DNA from: an uncultured virus (IMG/VR IMGVR_UViG_3300028393_000031)
Lineage: Duplodnaviria; Heunggongvirae; Uroviricota; Caudoviricetes
Virus record (IMG/VR): IMGVR_UViG_3300028393_000031
Strand: one strand, 5' to 3'
DNA: 57,052 nt
Positions 10,812-21,000 of the stretch are shown in pieces. The notes under the pieces were generated by a model. It did not search any database. It was not told the origin of the DNA and saw only the letters and a list, made by a program, of their open reading frames with translations. Position numbers and translations under genes: made by a program. The number at the start of each line of letters is the position of its first letter. The stretch's first letter is position 1.

Positions 10812-13800
10812 ATGACAATAAGTAGCTCGTTTCTATCAAACGTCACAGTTGAAACACTGGTAGTGGCCGGTGGCGGTGGCGGAGGAACTAACTATAACCT
10901 GCGTGGTGCAGGTGGCGGAGCAGGGGGATTAGTCTACATTGGTAATCTACAAATACCTGCAGGAACCACCGCCAATGTTGTAGTTGGCAGTGGCGGATTG
11001 GTCAGTGCCAGAGGCGGCGACAGTGCCATATTACCTTATGTGCCCACCTACAGCCATTGGTTTAATGGTTATAGCACTTACGACTATTTAACAGTTACAA
11101 ATACAGCATATCCGTTCAGTCTGGGTGGTGACTTTACTGTCGAAGCCTGGATCTATCTTAATGCTTATGGATCTACCTACACTAGTATTGTTGATACCAG
11201 GACTGGTGCGGTGGCTCAAACTTGGAACTTTGGTGTTTACGGCACCGGCTTGGATTTTTATTGGGGCGCAAGTAGGGCGACCAGCAGCATGCGAGTTCCA
11301 AGTGGACAGTGGACACATGTCGCAGCTACTCGACAAAGCGGTAATGTATATCTCTACGTAAATGGATATCGTGATGCTATCTCGGTTACTGGTGTTACTA
11401 CCTGGATGCAGCAAACGAGCACGACAGTTTGGATTGGTAATAACAGAGATGGTGCAGCCACCGGGCAAAACACATACTCGGCTAATGTCTATATTTCAAA
11501 TCTACGGACTGTATCGGGTATTGCTGTCTACACCGGCAACTTTACACCGCAAACTACAAATTTATCTACCACACAGTCCAGTGGTGCCAACATTGCTGCT
11601 ATTTCTTCATCGCCAACGGTAGCAAACACAGGGGTATTCAACGGAACAACTAGTTATCTTCTACACACTTATGCAGGCAACGGGCCCATGGATTTAGCCA
11701 CAGGACAACCCAGCTGGACTGTAGAATGTTGGTTCTATTGTACTAATTATGCTGCCAAGCAAACTGCCATATTTGATGCAAGTGGTCGAGTAGGTGTTGC
11801 TAATTCGGCGTTGGCGTTTTGGTTAAGTGCAACCGGAGTAGGCGCCTGGATCATAGGCAACGGTGGCGGCGGCTATATAGCCTATGTACCCACCATGGCT
11901 ACTACATTTACACTTGGCACCTGGTATCATGTTGCAATGGTACGCAACACCAGCACAGGTCGAGCTCAAGTATATGTCAATGGGGTATTAGATGCAAATT
12001 CCAATATTGTTACCAGTGGTAGCATGGCCAACGCCTATAGTTTGGACTTTTCAATAGGCAGTGATATCGCCACACAGCTGGCGGGAGCTTCATTATTTTA
12101 TGGATATATAAGTAATTTACGAGCAGTTAAAGGTGTTGCTGTATATACCGGCAATTTTACTGTGCCATCAATACCACTGACAGTTACACAAAGTTCTAGC
12201 GGTAACATAGCGGCTATCTCTGGTTCACAAACCAGTTTATTGATACTACAAGGAACACCTATAGCGGATGCAAGTTTAAATTCTATATCTATAACTAATT
12301 CTGCAGTGACAATGACTCAGTTAGTGGTTGGAATTGGTACTACATTTTTAAGTTTGCAAAATTCAACTCTAATAGATAACAGCATAGCTAATTCACCAAT
12401 CGTAAAATACTATGGTAGTGTGAGTCCCAGCATATTTTCACAGAGTACACCAGTGACTGATGGATACGCCAGCGTCTACTTCAATGGTGCAACCCTGTTG
12501 CAGTACACCAACTCAACAGCACTGACTACAATAGCTGCTGTTGATGTTAGTGCGAATCAATTTACCGTGACCAGTACAGCATCAATACCAAACGTGATTG
12601 CAACAGCACCTGCAATTACACCTTTGGGCACTGTAAACAGTATTAGTTTTGCTGGTAGCCAATATTTAACGGTAACAGCAAACGCCGCCTTTGCATATGG
12701 CACTGGTAGTTTTACTGTTGAGTGTTGGGTTTATATAACTACAGCTTTGGCTGCTGGTGCGTTTGTTGGCCCATGGACTGGTACCGCAGCAACCAGCTCT
12801 TGGGTTTTTACACAAGGCAGTCCTACTGCTACTAATTTAAGATTTGGTGTTTCAGATGGAACAACAGCAACATTTTATCAAGGCGGTGGAGGATTATCCA
12901 TAAACACATGGATACATGTAGCTGCGGTTAGAAATGGTACTACACTGACATTGTATTCTAATGGAACATCAGTATCCACAAACGCTGGTATTTCTACAAA
13001 CATATCAGTGGCATCACAGGCACTACAAATTAACGGTGTCGCAGGAGCAACTTTTTTAACAACTGGTTACATATCCAATCTACGTATAGTCAAAGGTGTA
13101 GCAGTCTACACCGGCAATTTCACAGTACCCACTGCCCCATTAACAATTACCCAAAGTTCTAGCGGCGCAAATATTGCAGCCATCACAGGCTCACAAACCA
13201 GCCTGTTACTGCAACCTGTTGCTGGATGGACAGCAGAATGTTGGGTTAACCCATCTGGCGACTATAGTACTTATAGGACCGTATTTGCCAAACGTGTAAA
13301 TGCCACAGTCACCACCGAATATGAGGGTTACCTGCGATTGACCAGTGGTGTTATCAGTTTCTATAACGGAACCAATTACGAAAGCACAACAACATTAACT
13401 GCCAACACCTGGAGCCACTGTGCCTGGGTTTACACTGGAACCAATATTGTTATCTATGTAAACGGGACGCAAGTATACACAAGCGCAGTCACTATCACCA
13501 CCAATACTGAACCCATGATTATTGGCGGTGTTAGGACCGGTAGTGAATATTTTCTTGGCTTCTTGAGTAATTTCCGTTTTACTAGAGGAATTGTATATAC
13601 CGGCGCATTTACCCCACCCACTACACCACTGCGAGCTACTCAAACTGTGTCAGGCAACATTGCTGCCATTACTGGCAATGCCAGCAGCAGTACCAGCTTG
13701 TTGGTATTACAGAGCAGTACCTATAAAGACAACAGTGTGAACAATTACTTATATGGTTACAGCTATACTATCTACACCGGTACACCCATAATCAAAACCG

Positions 13801-15368
13801 ATGTTGCACCGTTTGTTGATCCTGTGCGCGGTATTGTTGCTTATGGTGGTGGTGCAGGTGCATTTAATAATACAACAAACAATGCCAATACAGGCGGGTC
13901 AGGTGGCGGCAGCTGGTATCCTGGTTACGTTGGCGCCCCAGCAAGCCAACCCCCCACTAGCTATTATGCTGGCATTGCTTATACTAATACTGGCTTTGGC
14001 AATACAGGCGGACTAGGTGGTGGAGTGCAGCCATATGGCGGCGGCGGTGGCGGCGCCGGCGGCGTTGGATCTGGATACACAGACATATATGCTGGAGGTG
14101 GTGGAATAGGTCGCCAATACACAATAAGTGGCGTACCTGCATACTATGCAGGCGGCGGTAGCAGTGCAGCATACCCACTCGAAGCTGGATACTTAATAAA
14201 TGCCGGTGGCCTAGGAGGTGGTGGACAGGGCGACAACAGTGTATGGGCAGCAACACAAGTTACAGGTTACACAGGCAGCACTGGTACTGTTAACGCAACT
14301 GCCAATGGCTCGCCATATACCGGCGGCGGCGGTGGCTCGGGTGGTTGGGGTGGTTCGGGCATAGTCATCATGCGCTATCTAGGCACACAAATAGCCACCG
14401 GCGGTACAGTAACATCAATCGGCGGATATACCATACACACATTTACCACAGCAGGAACATTTACTATAGCTGCTAATATTTCAGTTGGCAGCGCAGGCGG
14501 CAACGGTGGACCTTACGCCGGCGGAGGTGGTGGCGCAGCAGGTTACCTGGGCTTTGGCGGCAACGGTGCAGCAGGGGCCAGCCTAGCAGCTGGCAGCTAC
14601 GGCATCGGCGGCGGTGGGGGAGGTGGTGGCTCCAGTGCAACATTTGGCGGAGGTGGCGGCGGAGTGGACATTTGGGGCCTAGGTGGATATTCTGGTGCAG
14701 GAGGCACAGCAGGTCAACCCGGCACTGGTGGTAGTCCAGAAGTTACGCTTGGCCTGACTGGCAATGGCGCACAGCCTGGATTTGGCAGCAATGGCGGACT
14801 CTACGGTGGCGGAGGTGGCGGCGGCGTTACTAGTTCATTGGATACCTCACGTGGATGGGGAGCAAATGGTGCATTTGCACTGGTATATTCAACTACATCT
14901 AGCACCTATACATATCCATACATCAGTCCAATCAATTTGGTGTACCTTGGCAATCTACAATCTACAAATACAACCCAGTTTACTTCAAATGTGTCAGGTG
15001 TGATAACGGACTCGAACTTTGATCAAAACGTAATTGGGAACCTGGCATACAGCCAAACCAGCGTAAACATGCCAGTCGCATACGAGTCACAGTATACCAA
15101 TAATACTGTTTCTGTATACAGAACCGCATCATTAGCAGCCAATAATGTCATAGCCAGCGACATCACAGTGACCGTCAACTATCAAGCCGAGTGGATGCTG
15201 CGTAATAGCGATCCTGCTTTTCCGGCCACATATGATAAGCCGTTTAATTATCAAACTGCTCAACCAGTGACTACTACCAATGATCCACGTAAGCTAACAT
15301 TGAAAGCCAGCTTTATTACCAAAACTGGTACTCAACAAGATCCCACTGAGCCGGATCAGTACCTATAA
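10812..15368 (+). CDS. Giant fibre/adhesin: glycine-rich domains with four LamG/ConA-like modules
   Basis: 1518 aa with four LamG cores (FTVEAW, WTVECW, FTVECW, WTAECW). C-terminus similar to that of ORF 15385 (NSD...NYQTxQPVT..NDPR...LK). Confidence 0.85.
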   Translation: MTISSSFLSNVTVETLVVAGGGGGGTNYNLRGAGGGAGGLVYIGNLQIPAGTTANVVVGSGGLVSARGGDSAILPYVPTYSHWFNGYSTYDYLTVTNTAYPFSLGGDFTVEAWIYLNAYGSTYTSIVDTRTGAVAQTWNFGVYGTGLDFYWGASRATSSMRVPSGQWTHVAATRQSGNVYLYVNGYRDAISVTGVTTWMQQTSTTVWIGNNRDGAATGQNTYSANVYISNLRTVSGIAVYTGNFTPQTTNLSTTQSSGANIAAISSSPTVANTGVFNGTTSYLLHTYAGNGPMDLATGQPSWTVECWFYCTNYAAKQTAIFDASGRVGVANSALAFWLSATGVGAWIIGNGGGGYIAYVPTMATTFTLGTWYHVAMVRNTSTGRAQVYVNGVLDANSNIVTSGSMANAYSLDFSIGSDIATQLAGASLFYGYISNLRAVKGVAVYTGNFTVPSIPLTVTQSSSGNIAAISGSQTSLLILQGTPIADASLNSISITNSAVTMTQLVVGIGTTFLSLQNSTLIDNSIANSPIVKYYGSVSPSIFSQSTPVTDGYASVYFNGATLLQYTNSTALTTIAAVDVSANQFTVTSTASIPNVIATAPAITPLGTVNSISFAGSQYLTVTANAAFAYGTGSFTVECWVYITTALAAGAFVGPWTGTAATSSWVFTQGSPTATNLRFGVSDGTTATFYQGGGGLSINTWIHVAAVRNGTTLTLYSNGTSVSTNAGISTNISVASQALQINGVAGATFLTTGYISNLRIVKGVAVYTGNFTVPTAPLTITQSSSGANIAAITGSQTSLLLQPVAGWTAECWVNPSGDYSTYRTVFAKRVNATVTTEYEGYLRLTSGVISFYNGTNYESTTTLTANTWSHCAWVYTGTNIVIYVNGTQVYTSAVTITTNTEPMIIGGVRTGSEYFLGFLSNFRFTRGIVYTGAFTPPTTPLRATQTVSGNIAAITGNASSSTSLLVLQSSTYKDNSVNNYLYGYSYTIYTGTPIIKTDVAPFVDPVRGIVAYGGGAGAFNNTTNNANTGGSGGGSWYPGYVGAPASQPPTSYYAGIAYTNTGFGNTGGLGGGVQPYGGGGGGAGGVGSGYTDIYAGGGGIGRQYTISGVPAYYAGGGSSAAYPLEAGYLINAGGLGGGGQGDNSVWAATQVTGYTGSTGTVNATANGSPYTGGGGGSGGWGGSGIVIMRYLGTQIATGGTVTSIGGYTIHTFTTAGTFTIAANISVGSAGGNGGPYAGGGGGAAGYLGFGGNGAAGASLAAGSYGIGGGGGGGGSSATFGGGGGGVDIWGLGGYSGAGGTAGQPGTGGSPEVTLGLTGNGAQPGFGSNGGLYGGGGGGGVTSSLDTSRGWGANGAFALVYSTTSSTYTYPYISPINLVYLGNLQSTNTTQFTSNVSGVITDSNFDQNVIGNLAYSQTSVNMPVAYESQYTNNTVSVYRTASLAANNVIASDITVTVNYQAEWMLRNSDPAFPATYDKPFNYQTAQPVTTTNDPRKLTLKASFITKTGTQQDPTEPDQYL
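13076..13159 (+). repeat. 84-bp near-perfect direct repeat, copy 1 (copy 2 at 16341-16424)
   Basis: caatctacgtatagtcaaaggtg(t/c)agcagtctacaccggc...acccaaagttc; one mismatch in 84 nt by manual alignment. Confidence 0.9.
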
Positions 15369-15373
15369 CCAGT

Positions 15374-15379
15374 TAAATA
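15374..15379 (+). promoter_or_regulatory. Late promoter, probably giving a leaderless mRNA
   Basis: TAAATA ends 5 nt before ATG 15385; no SD. Confidence 0.65.
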
Positions 15380-15384
15380 CAAGT

Positions 15385-17967
15385 ATGTCATTTAGCCAAA
15401 TAACTGCCGTAGATCTAGTAGTAAATCAAATAGTTACTATAGTCACCAAGTACAGCCCGTCATCACCTGCAGGCGTTAATACCACGGGAGACGTCGTTCC
15501 TACTGAAACCATAGTACGTACCAGCAGCAATGTGGGCTTGAATCAGATCAACACCAGGCGGGAGTTGTCCAACACGGTACAGGTCTACAATCCACTGTAT
15601 TCATTTGGCAATCAGACATTTAACTACTCAAATAGTCCGTTGCCGGATATTAAAAGTCAATTGAGTATAACTCAACCGATTGATCTGGGTAATCGCCCGT
15701 TTGGTTTTAATATAATTGGCAATGCTACACCGGTTGTGGATACTGGGGCATCGTATGGTCAGCAACCTTTCTTAATTTATAACACATTGCCTACGGTCTC
15801 TTCACTTGATCCAGTATTGGAATTGACCAACAACAATGTTGGTGGCCTGGCTGTTATTGGAAGCCTTCGGGGGTATGGTAGTATATTGTTTAATGGTACT
15901 AGCCAATATTTAACAGTGGCTGCAAATGCCGCATTTGATTTTAGTACTGGTGATTTCACCATGGAATGTTGGATATACACAACAAGTTTGGCTGCTACTC
16001 AACAAACAATTGATCTCTTTAGCAATGCAGCTGGATCATATATCGTTGGACAATGCCAACTTCAATTGTTAACTACCGGAGCGGTTGCTTTTGCTTATGC
16101 CACCTCCACCTCCGCTGCTACCTTTTTTGGCACAGCAGCATCGGCAGTGACCATAAACTCTTGGTATCATATTGCTGTGGTTCGGTCAGGCTCTGCCGTT
16201 GGAAACTTAAAAATTTATGTAAACGGCGTGCTTGCAGCAACCAGCGCAGGAGCATTGACCCAAGCCTTTGGTACCACTGGATCAATGTCCGTTGGTAGAC
16301 AAACAAATAATACTAGTAACTTCTTTTCTGGTTATATTAGCAATCTACGTATAGTCAAAGGTGCAGCAGTCTACACCGGCAATTTCACAGTACCCACTGC
16401 CCCATTAACAATTACCCAAAGTTCCGGCACAAACATCTCGGCCATTACAGGCTCACAAACTAGTTTGTTATTGAATACCCCATTTAATGCAGCTGCCCTC
16501 AATGATACCTCATCGTTTGGGTTCACATTAACAAATACAGGTACAGCAACATCTAGTTCTATAAATCCATTTCCGCCAGGTAGCGTACTGCTGAACGGTA
16601 CTACTCAATCACTCACAGCAAACACAGCAGCCACCTGGACCTACCTACACAATGGATTGCAGGACTATACAATAGAATGTTGGTATCGTAGTAGCTCTAC
16701 TGTATATCAAAATCTATTAGGCACCAGTGGCACGACTGCATCCATTGGCTTTGAGTTGTCAATAAACAACCCCACAGTGGGAGCAGTGACAGTGGTTTAC
16801 ACTAGGGGTGTGTCAACTAATAACACATGGACTTATGCGAACAGTGCTGTTGCAACCAATGCCTGGTACCATGTGGCAACAACTTTTGCCAGTAGTACAA
16901 AACGATCAAACATTTATGTAAATGGTAACTTGGCAGGTACTGCTGCTAATGTGGCGTTTGCTTATAGCGCATCAGCACCCACAAACACATTGGGCATTGG
17001 GTTTACCACTGGCACTGGGCAATTCAACGGTTACATGACCAGTGTGCGTATAACTAAATCTATCGTATATACTGCAAACTTTACACCAGCAGTTCCGCTG
17101 ACCAGTATCAGTAGCACACAATTATTATTACAGTTCAATTCCAGTGGTGCTTTGTTGACTGATTCTGGCCCCAATAACAATACCATTACCAACGTTGGTG
17201 CAGCAACATTTTCTACAGTTGCGCCAACTGTGGCCAATGTGGCCACAGTGAACAATTACTACAACTACTCACAATTGTATTTTAACGGTGGGTTGAATAT
17301 ACCCTACGGAGATATTACATCAAACGTATTAGCGTCTAGCAGCCCAGTTAATACCTATACCAATCCCAGTGGTGCAATGTTGAATGCAAACGCCAGTATA
17401 CTGACCACCGGCACTGTTGATAGGGTTGGCCGTTTTGACCAAAGTAATGTTACTGTAATTTCTGTTAATCTACAGCCAGGTTCGGTGGCAACACAGGCTG
17501 GCTCACAGGTGTTGTTAGCAGATCTATCGCAGGATATCCAGTCTAATCACATCAGCGGTTACCTTGCCCTTGGGGCACCATTCCTCTATTATGATTTAGT
17601 GTCGACGCCCGCTACGTATAACACAGCCAATTATTCTGCACCTGCGCTAGTAAACCAAACTATAAATTTTGATCTAGGTCAAAAAAACATATCATCACAA
17701 CGCTACTTTGTGCCCAACGGTGCCTCTGTGAATTCGGTAACAAATAACCGGTCGCCGCAGCAGACTATCATTGTAAATGCACAGCCCGAATTTATGCTGG
17801 TCAATTCGGATCGGAACTTTGTAGCTAGTAATGTTAATCCAACCAATTATCAAACTATACAACCTGTCACGCCCGACAATGATCCGCGTTTGGCCAGCTT
17901 AAAGGTAGGATTTGCAGTCAAAGGTCAAACTGGAACTAACCCGTATAATCCACAAAACATCTATTAG
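15385..17967 (+). CDS. Fibre/adhesin protein with two LamG/ConA-like modules
   Basis: 860 aa with two LamG cores. N-terminus similar to that of ORF 4242; C-terminus similar to that of ORF 10812. Confidence 0.85.
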   Translation: MSFSQITAVDLVVNQIVTIVTKYSPSSPAGVNTTGDVVPTETIVRTSSNVGLNQINTRRELSNTVQVYNPLYSFGNQTFNYSNSPLPDIKSQLSITQPIDLGNRPFGFNIIGNATPVVDTGASYGQQPFLIYNTLPTVSSLDPVLELTNNNVGGLAVIGSLRGYGSILFNGTSQYLTVAANAAFDFSTGDFTMECWIYTTSLAATQQTIDLFSNAAGSYIVGQCQLQLLTTGAVAFAYATSTSAATFFGTAASAVTINSWYHIAVVRSGSAVGNLKIYVNGVLAATSAGALTQAFGTTGSMSVGRQTNNTSNFFSGYISNLRIVKGAAVYTGNFTVPTAPLTITQSSGTNISAITGSQTSLLLNTPFNAAALNDTSSFGFTLTNTGTATSSSINPFPPGSVLLNGTTQSLTANTAATWTYLHNGLQDYTIECWYRSSSTVYQNLLGTSGTTASIGFELSINNPTVGAVTVVYTRGVSTNNTWTYANSAVATNAWYHVATTFASSTKRSNIYVNGNLAGTAANVAFAYSASAPTNTLGIGFTTGTGQFNGYMTSVRITKSIVYTANFTPAVPLTSISSTQLLLQFNSSGALLTDSGPNNNTITNVGAATFSTVAPTVANVATVNNYYNYSQLYFNGGLNIPYGDITSNVLASSSPVNTYTNPSGAMLNANASILTTGTVDRVGRFDQSNVTVISVNLQPGSVATQAGSQVLLADLSQDIQSNHISGYLALGAPFLYYDLVSTPATYNTANYSAPALVNQTINFDLGQKNISSQRYFVPNGASVNSVTNNRSPQQTIIVNAQPEFMLVNSDRNFVASNVNPTNYQTIQPVTPDNDPRLASLKVGFAVKGQTGTNPYNPQNIY
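16341..16424 (+). repeat. 84-bp near-perfect direct repeat, copy 2
   Basis: Matches 13076-13159 at 83 of 84 positions. Confidence 0.9.
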
Positions 17968-17999
17968 AGGTTTATTTTTCAAGACAATGAGTGTATACT

Positions 18000-18005
18000 T
18001 AAATA
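18000..18005 (+). promoter_or_regulatory. Late promoter, probably giving a leaderless mRNA
   Basis: TAAATA ends 4 nt before ATG 18010, inside the small inverted repeat AGTGTAT/ATACACT. Confidence 0.55.
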
Positions 18006-18009
18006 CACT

Positions 18010-21000
18010 ATGAAAATTGCTATTATCGACATCATCGGCCTACCATACGATGGAACTACTGTGTTTAAACAGGGACTTGGTGGATCCGAAAGTGCTGTAA
18101 CTTTTATGGCACGAGAACTGGCACAAATTGGATTCGATGTCACAGTATTCAATAATTGTAATATAGATCAAGCACAAGCCGGTGTGTATGATTTAGTTAC
18201 TTACTGTCCGCTTACCGATCTAGCCTCAGAACATTCATTTGATATTGTTATCAGTAGCAGGACAGTAATTCCTTTTGTAGATGCAATTGACTACCACAAA
18301 TTGCAAGATAATAGAGCATTTGCATTACAACCATATAATCTATACGACAGAATTATAGCTCAAGCAAAGATGCGCATATTGTGGATGCACGATACTTTTT
18401 GTTTAGGTGATAATTTAATAGAAGAATTAGCAGTTGCCGATCGTATCACAGATATATTCACACTTAGTGATTTTCACCTTACCTATGTGGCCAATTGCAA
18501 TCACGGGCGCAGAAGGAACTTTGAAGTATTAAAGCGTAAAATGTTTATTACCAGGAATGGCGCTAATTGCTATGTACCCGAAGTAGATATCGCTGCTAAA
18601 GATCGAAACTTATTTGTTTATAATGCCAGTGTAACTAAAGGTATGATACCTTTGGTGAATGAAATTTGGCCTAGAGTTAAATCACAAATTCCAGATGCTC
18701 GATTAAAAATAATTGGTGGCTACTATAGATTTAGTTCAGCATCAGAACCAGACGCACAAGAACAAGACTGGCGACGAATGGTTGCTGATCCCAAGTATAC
18801 CAATTGGGGAATAGAATTTCTAGGAGTGATACCACAACAACAAATTGGATCAATACTAGCGCAATCAAACTTTATGATATACCCTTGCGCATTTCCAGAA
18901 ACGTTTGGTATATCTATATTAGAAAGTCTACTGTACAATACTCCGGTTATTACTTGTAGATTTGGTGCAGCAGAAGAAGTAGCACTAGAAGGTGCCAGCT
19001 ACTTGATTGATTATCCAATTGAGCCTAATAGTTTATTTCCTGATGTTAATACAGCACAGCAAATTGATCAATTTGTAGCAATGACTGTGCGAGCCTATAA
19101 TGATACATATTTGCATCAACAAAAACAATATTATTGTAACATTGTAAAACCATTGGCTGGATGGGATACAGTAGCTTTGCAATGGAAACAGCTCTTCTTT
19201 CATCGATCCGGCAAGTACTTGTCGAGACAACAATATCAACAGATAACAAAAATAAATCGACAAGTTCATAAAGTTTGGCAGCGTAGATATCATAACGTAG
19301 TTGAACTAGAACACCATAAAACTGGAGCAGAGCAAGAAATAATTATTGTAAGCACGTTTTATAATTGTCATGATTATATAGCACGTTGTATTGAAAGTGT
19401 AGCTGCACAAGATTATGATAACTATCAACATATTTTAATTGATGATAAATCAACCGATAATACGGTTGAGGTTGTGCTTGCTACTTTAGATACATTACCT
19501 GAATACTTACGCAACCGTTTTGTTATAGTATCAAATAAAGAACGCTTAGGTGCAGTATATAATCAAGTTGCATCTATTAGAGAAATAGAGAATCCTAATG
19601 CTATAGTAATGATACTTGACGGCGACGATAGTCTAGTCAACGATAACACCATATTCAATTATTATAACGCCATATACGACGGCACTACTGAATTTACATA
19701 TGGTTCATGTTGGAGTATGGTCGATAACATACCATTGATTAGTCAACCATATCCAGAGTCTGTTAAACAAGCCAAATCATATAGACAACATCATTTTAAT
19801 TGGATATTGCCGTATACACATTTACGAACATTTAGGAAATATCTCATTGAAGACATTCCAGACAGCAATTTCCAAGATAGTACCGGTAAATGGTTCAAGG
19901 CCGGTGGCGATGGATCTACTTTTTATAGTCTAATAGAAGCAGCAGATCCTGCACAAGTAAAATGTTTACAACAAATAGTTTATAATTATAATGATGCCAA
20001 TCCATTAAATGATTATAAAGTGAATAGTAAGGAACAAACAGCCGCGGCACAGGCTATTATTAATAAACAAACAAAACCTGTTGTGGCGCCCGATACAAAG
20101 AAATATTCTATTGTAGTGCCCACCATGTGGAGATTAAAAGATCAATTTGTTTCTTTTATTAATCAGTTGTGTTTGCATCCTGCTGTAGATGAGATTATTA
20201 TTATTGATAATGATAATACACAAACACCTCAATTGTCTCATGAAAAAATAAAAATAAAAGATTTTGGCAAAAACATTTATGTTAATCCTGCTTGGAATCT
20301 TGGAGTAGTGGTTAGTCGTAATAATCGTATATGCATTCTCAATGATGATGTAATGTTTGATCTTGGCTTATTTGAAAAATTACAAGATCTGATTACTCCA
20401 GAATCTGGGGTGTTTGGATTGTGCCCGGGCGTATCAGATTTTAATCAGCCGCCGTACATTAATGGCGCCATAGATGTTATTCCGTGGACTACGCAACACA
20501 CCTACGGATTTGGTTGTTTGATGTTTATACATAAAGATTCATGGCAACCAATTCCAGAGGGATTAAAAATATATTATGGCGATAATTATATATTTGATTT
20601 ACAATTAAGTCGTAATAAAACTAATTATCTAATAACAAATGTAATGTTCCACACGCCATTTGCTGTCACTACGTCTGATACTAGCATCACTGATGGGTTT
20701 CTAGATAAAGAGACTATAGAGTATCAGCAAGTCAATCCGTTAACAAATAAAAATATTATGCCTATTCCAAATAAGAAAAAAATTCTAATAGCTATACCAA
20801 CAGCCAAATATATAGAGCCAGAGACATTTAAAAGCATCTATGATTTAATTGTGCCTGATGATTGCGAAGTAACATTCCAATACTTTTTTGGATATCGCGT
20901 GGATCAAGTACGTAATTTAATAGCAGACTGGGTAGTTAACGGATTTGATTATTTGTTTAGTGTTGATAGTGATATATCGTTTGAAAGAGATACATTACAA

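Noticed and set aside
13076..16424. Diversity-generating retroelement template/variable repeat pair
   Set aside because: The single mismatch is T/C on the coding strand rather than multiple adenine-specific changes, both copies are coding, and no reverse transcriptase is in the window
15834..17256. Flanking direct repeats around the two LamG modules of ORF 15385 (CAATGT or AACAAT)
   Set aside because: Several alternative matches exist in Asn-rich sequence and the boundaries are undefined, so they cannot be told from chance
4242..17967. Invertase-driven shufflon of fibre tips
   Set aside because: All modules are on one strand, with no inverted crossover sites or recombinase gene nearby
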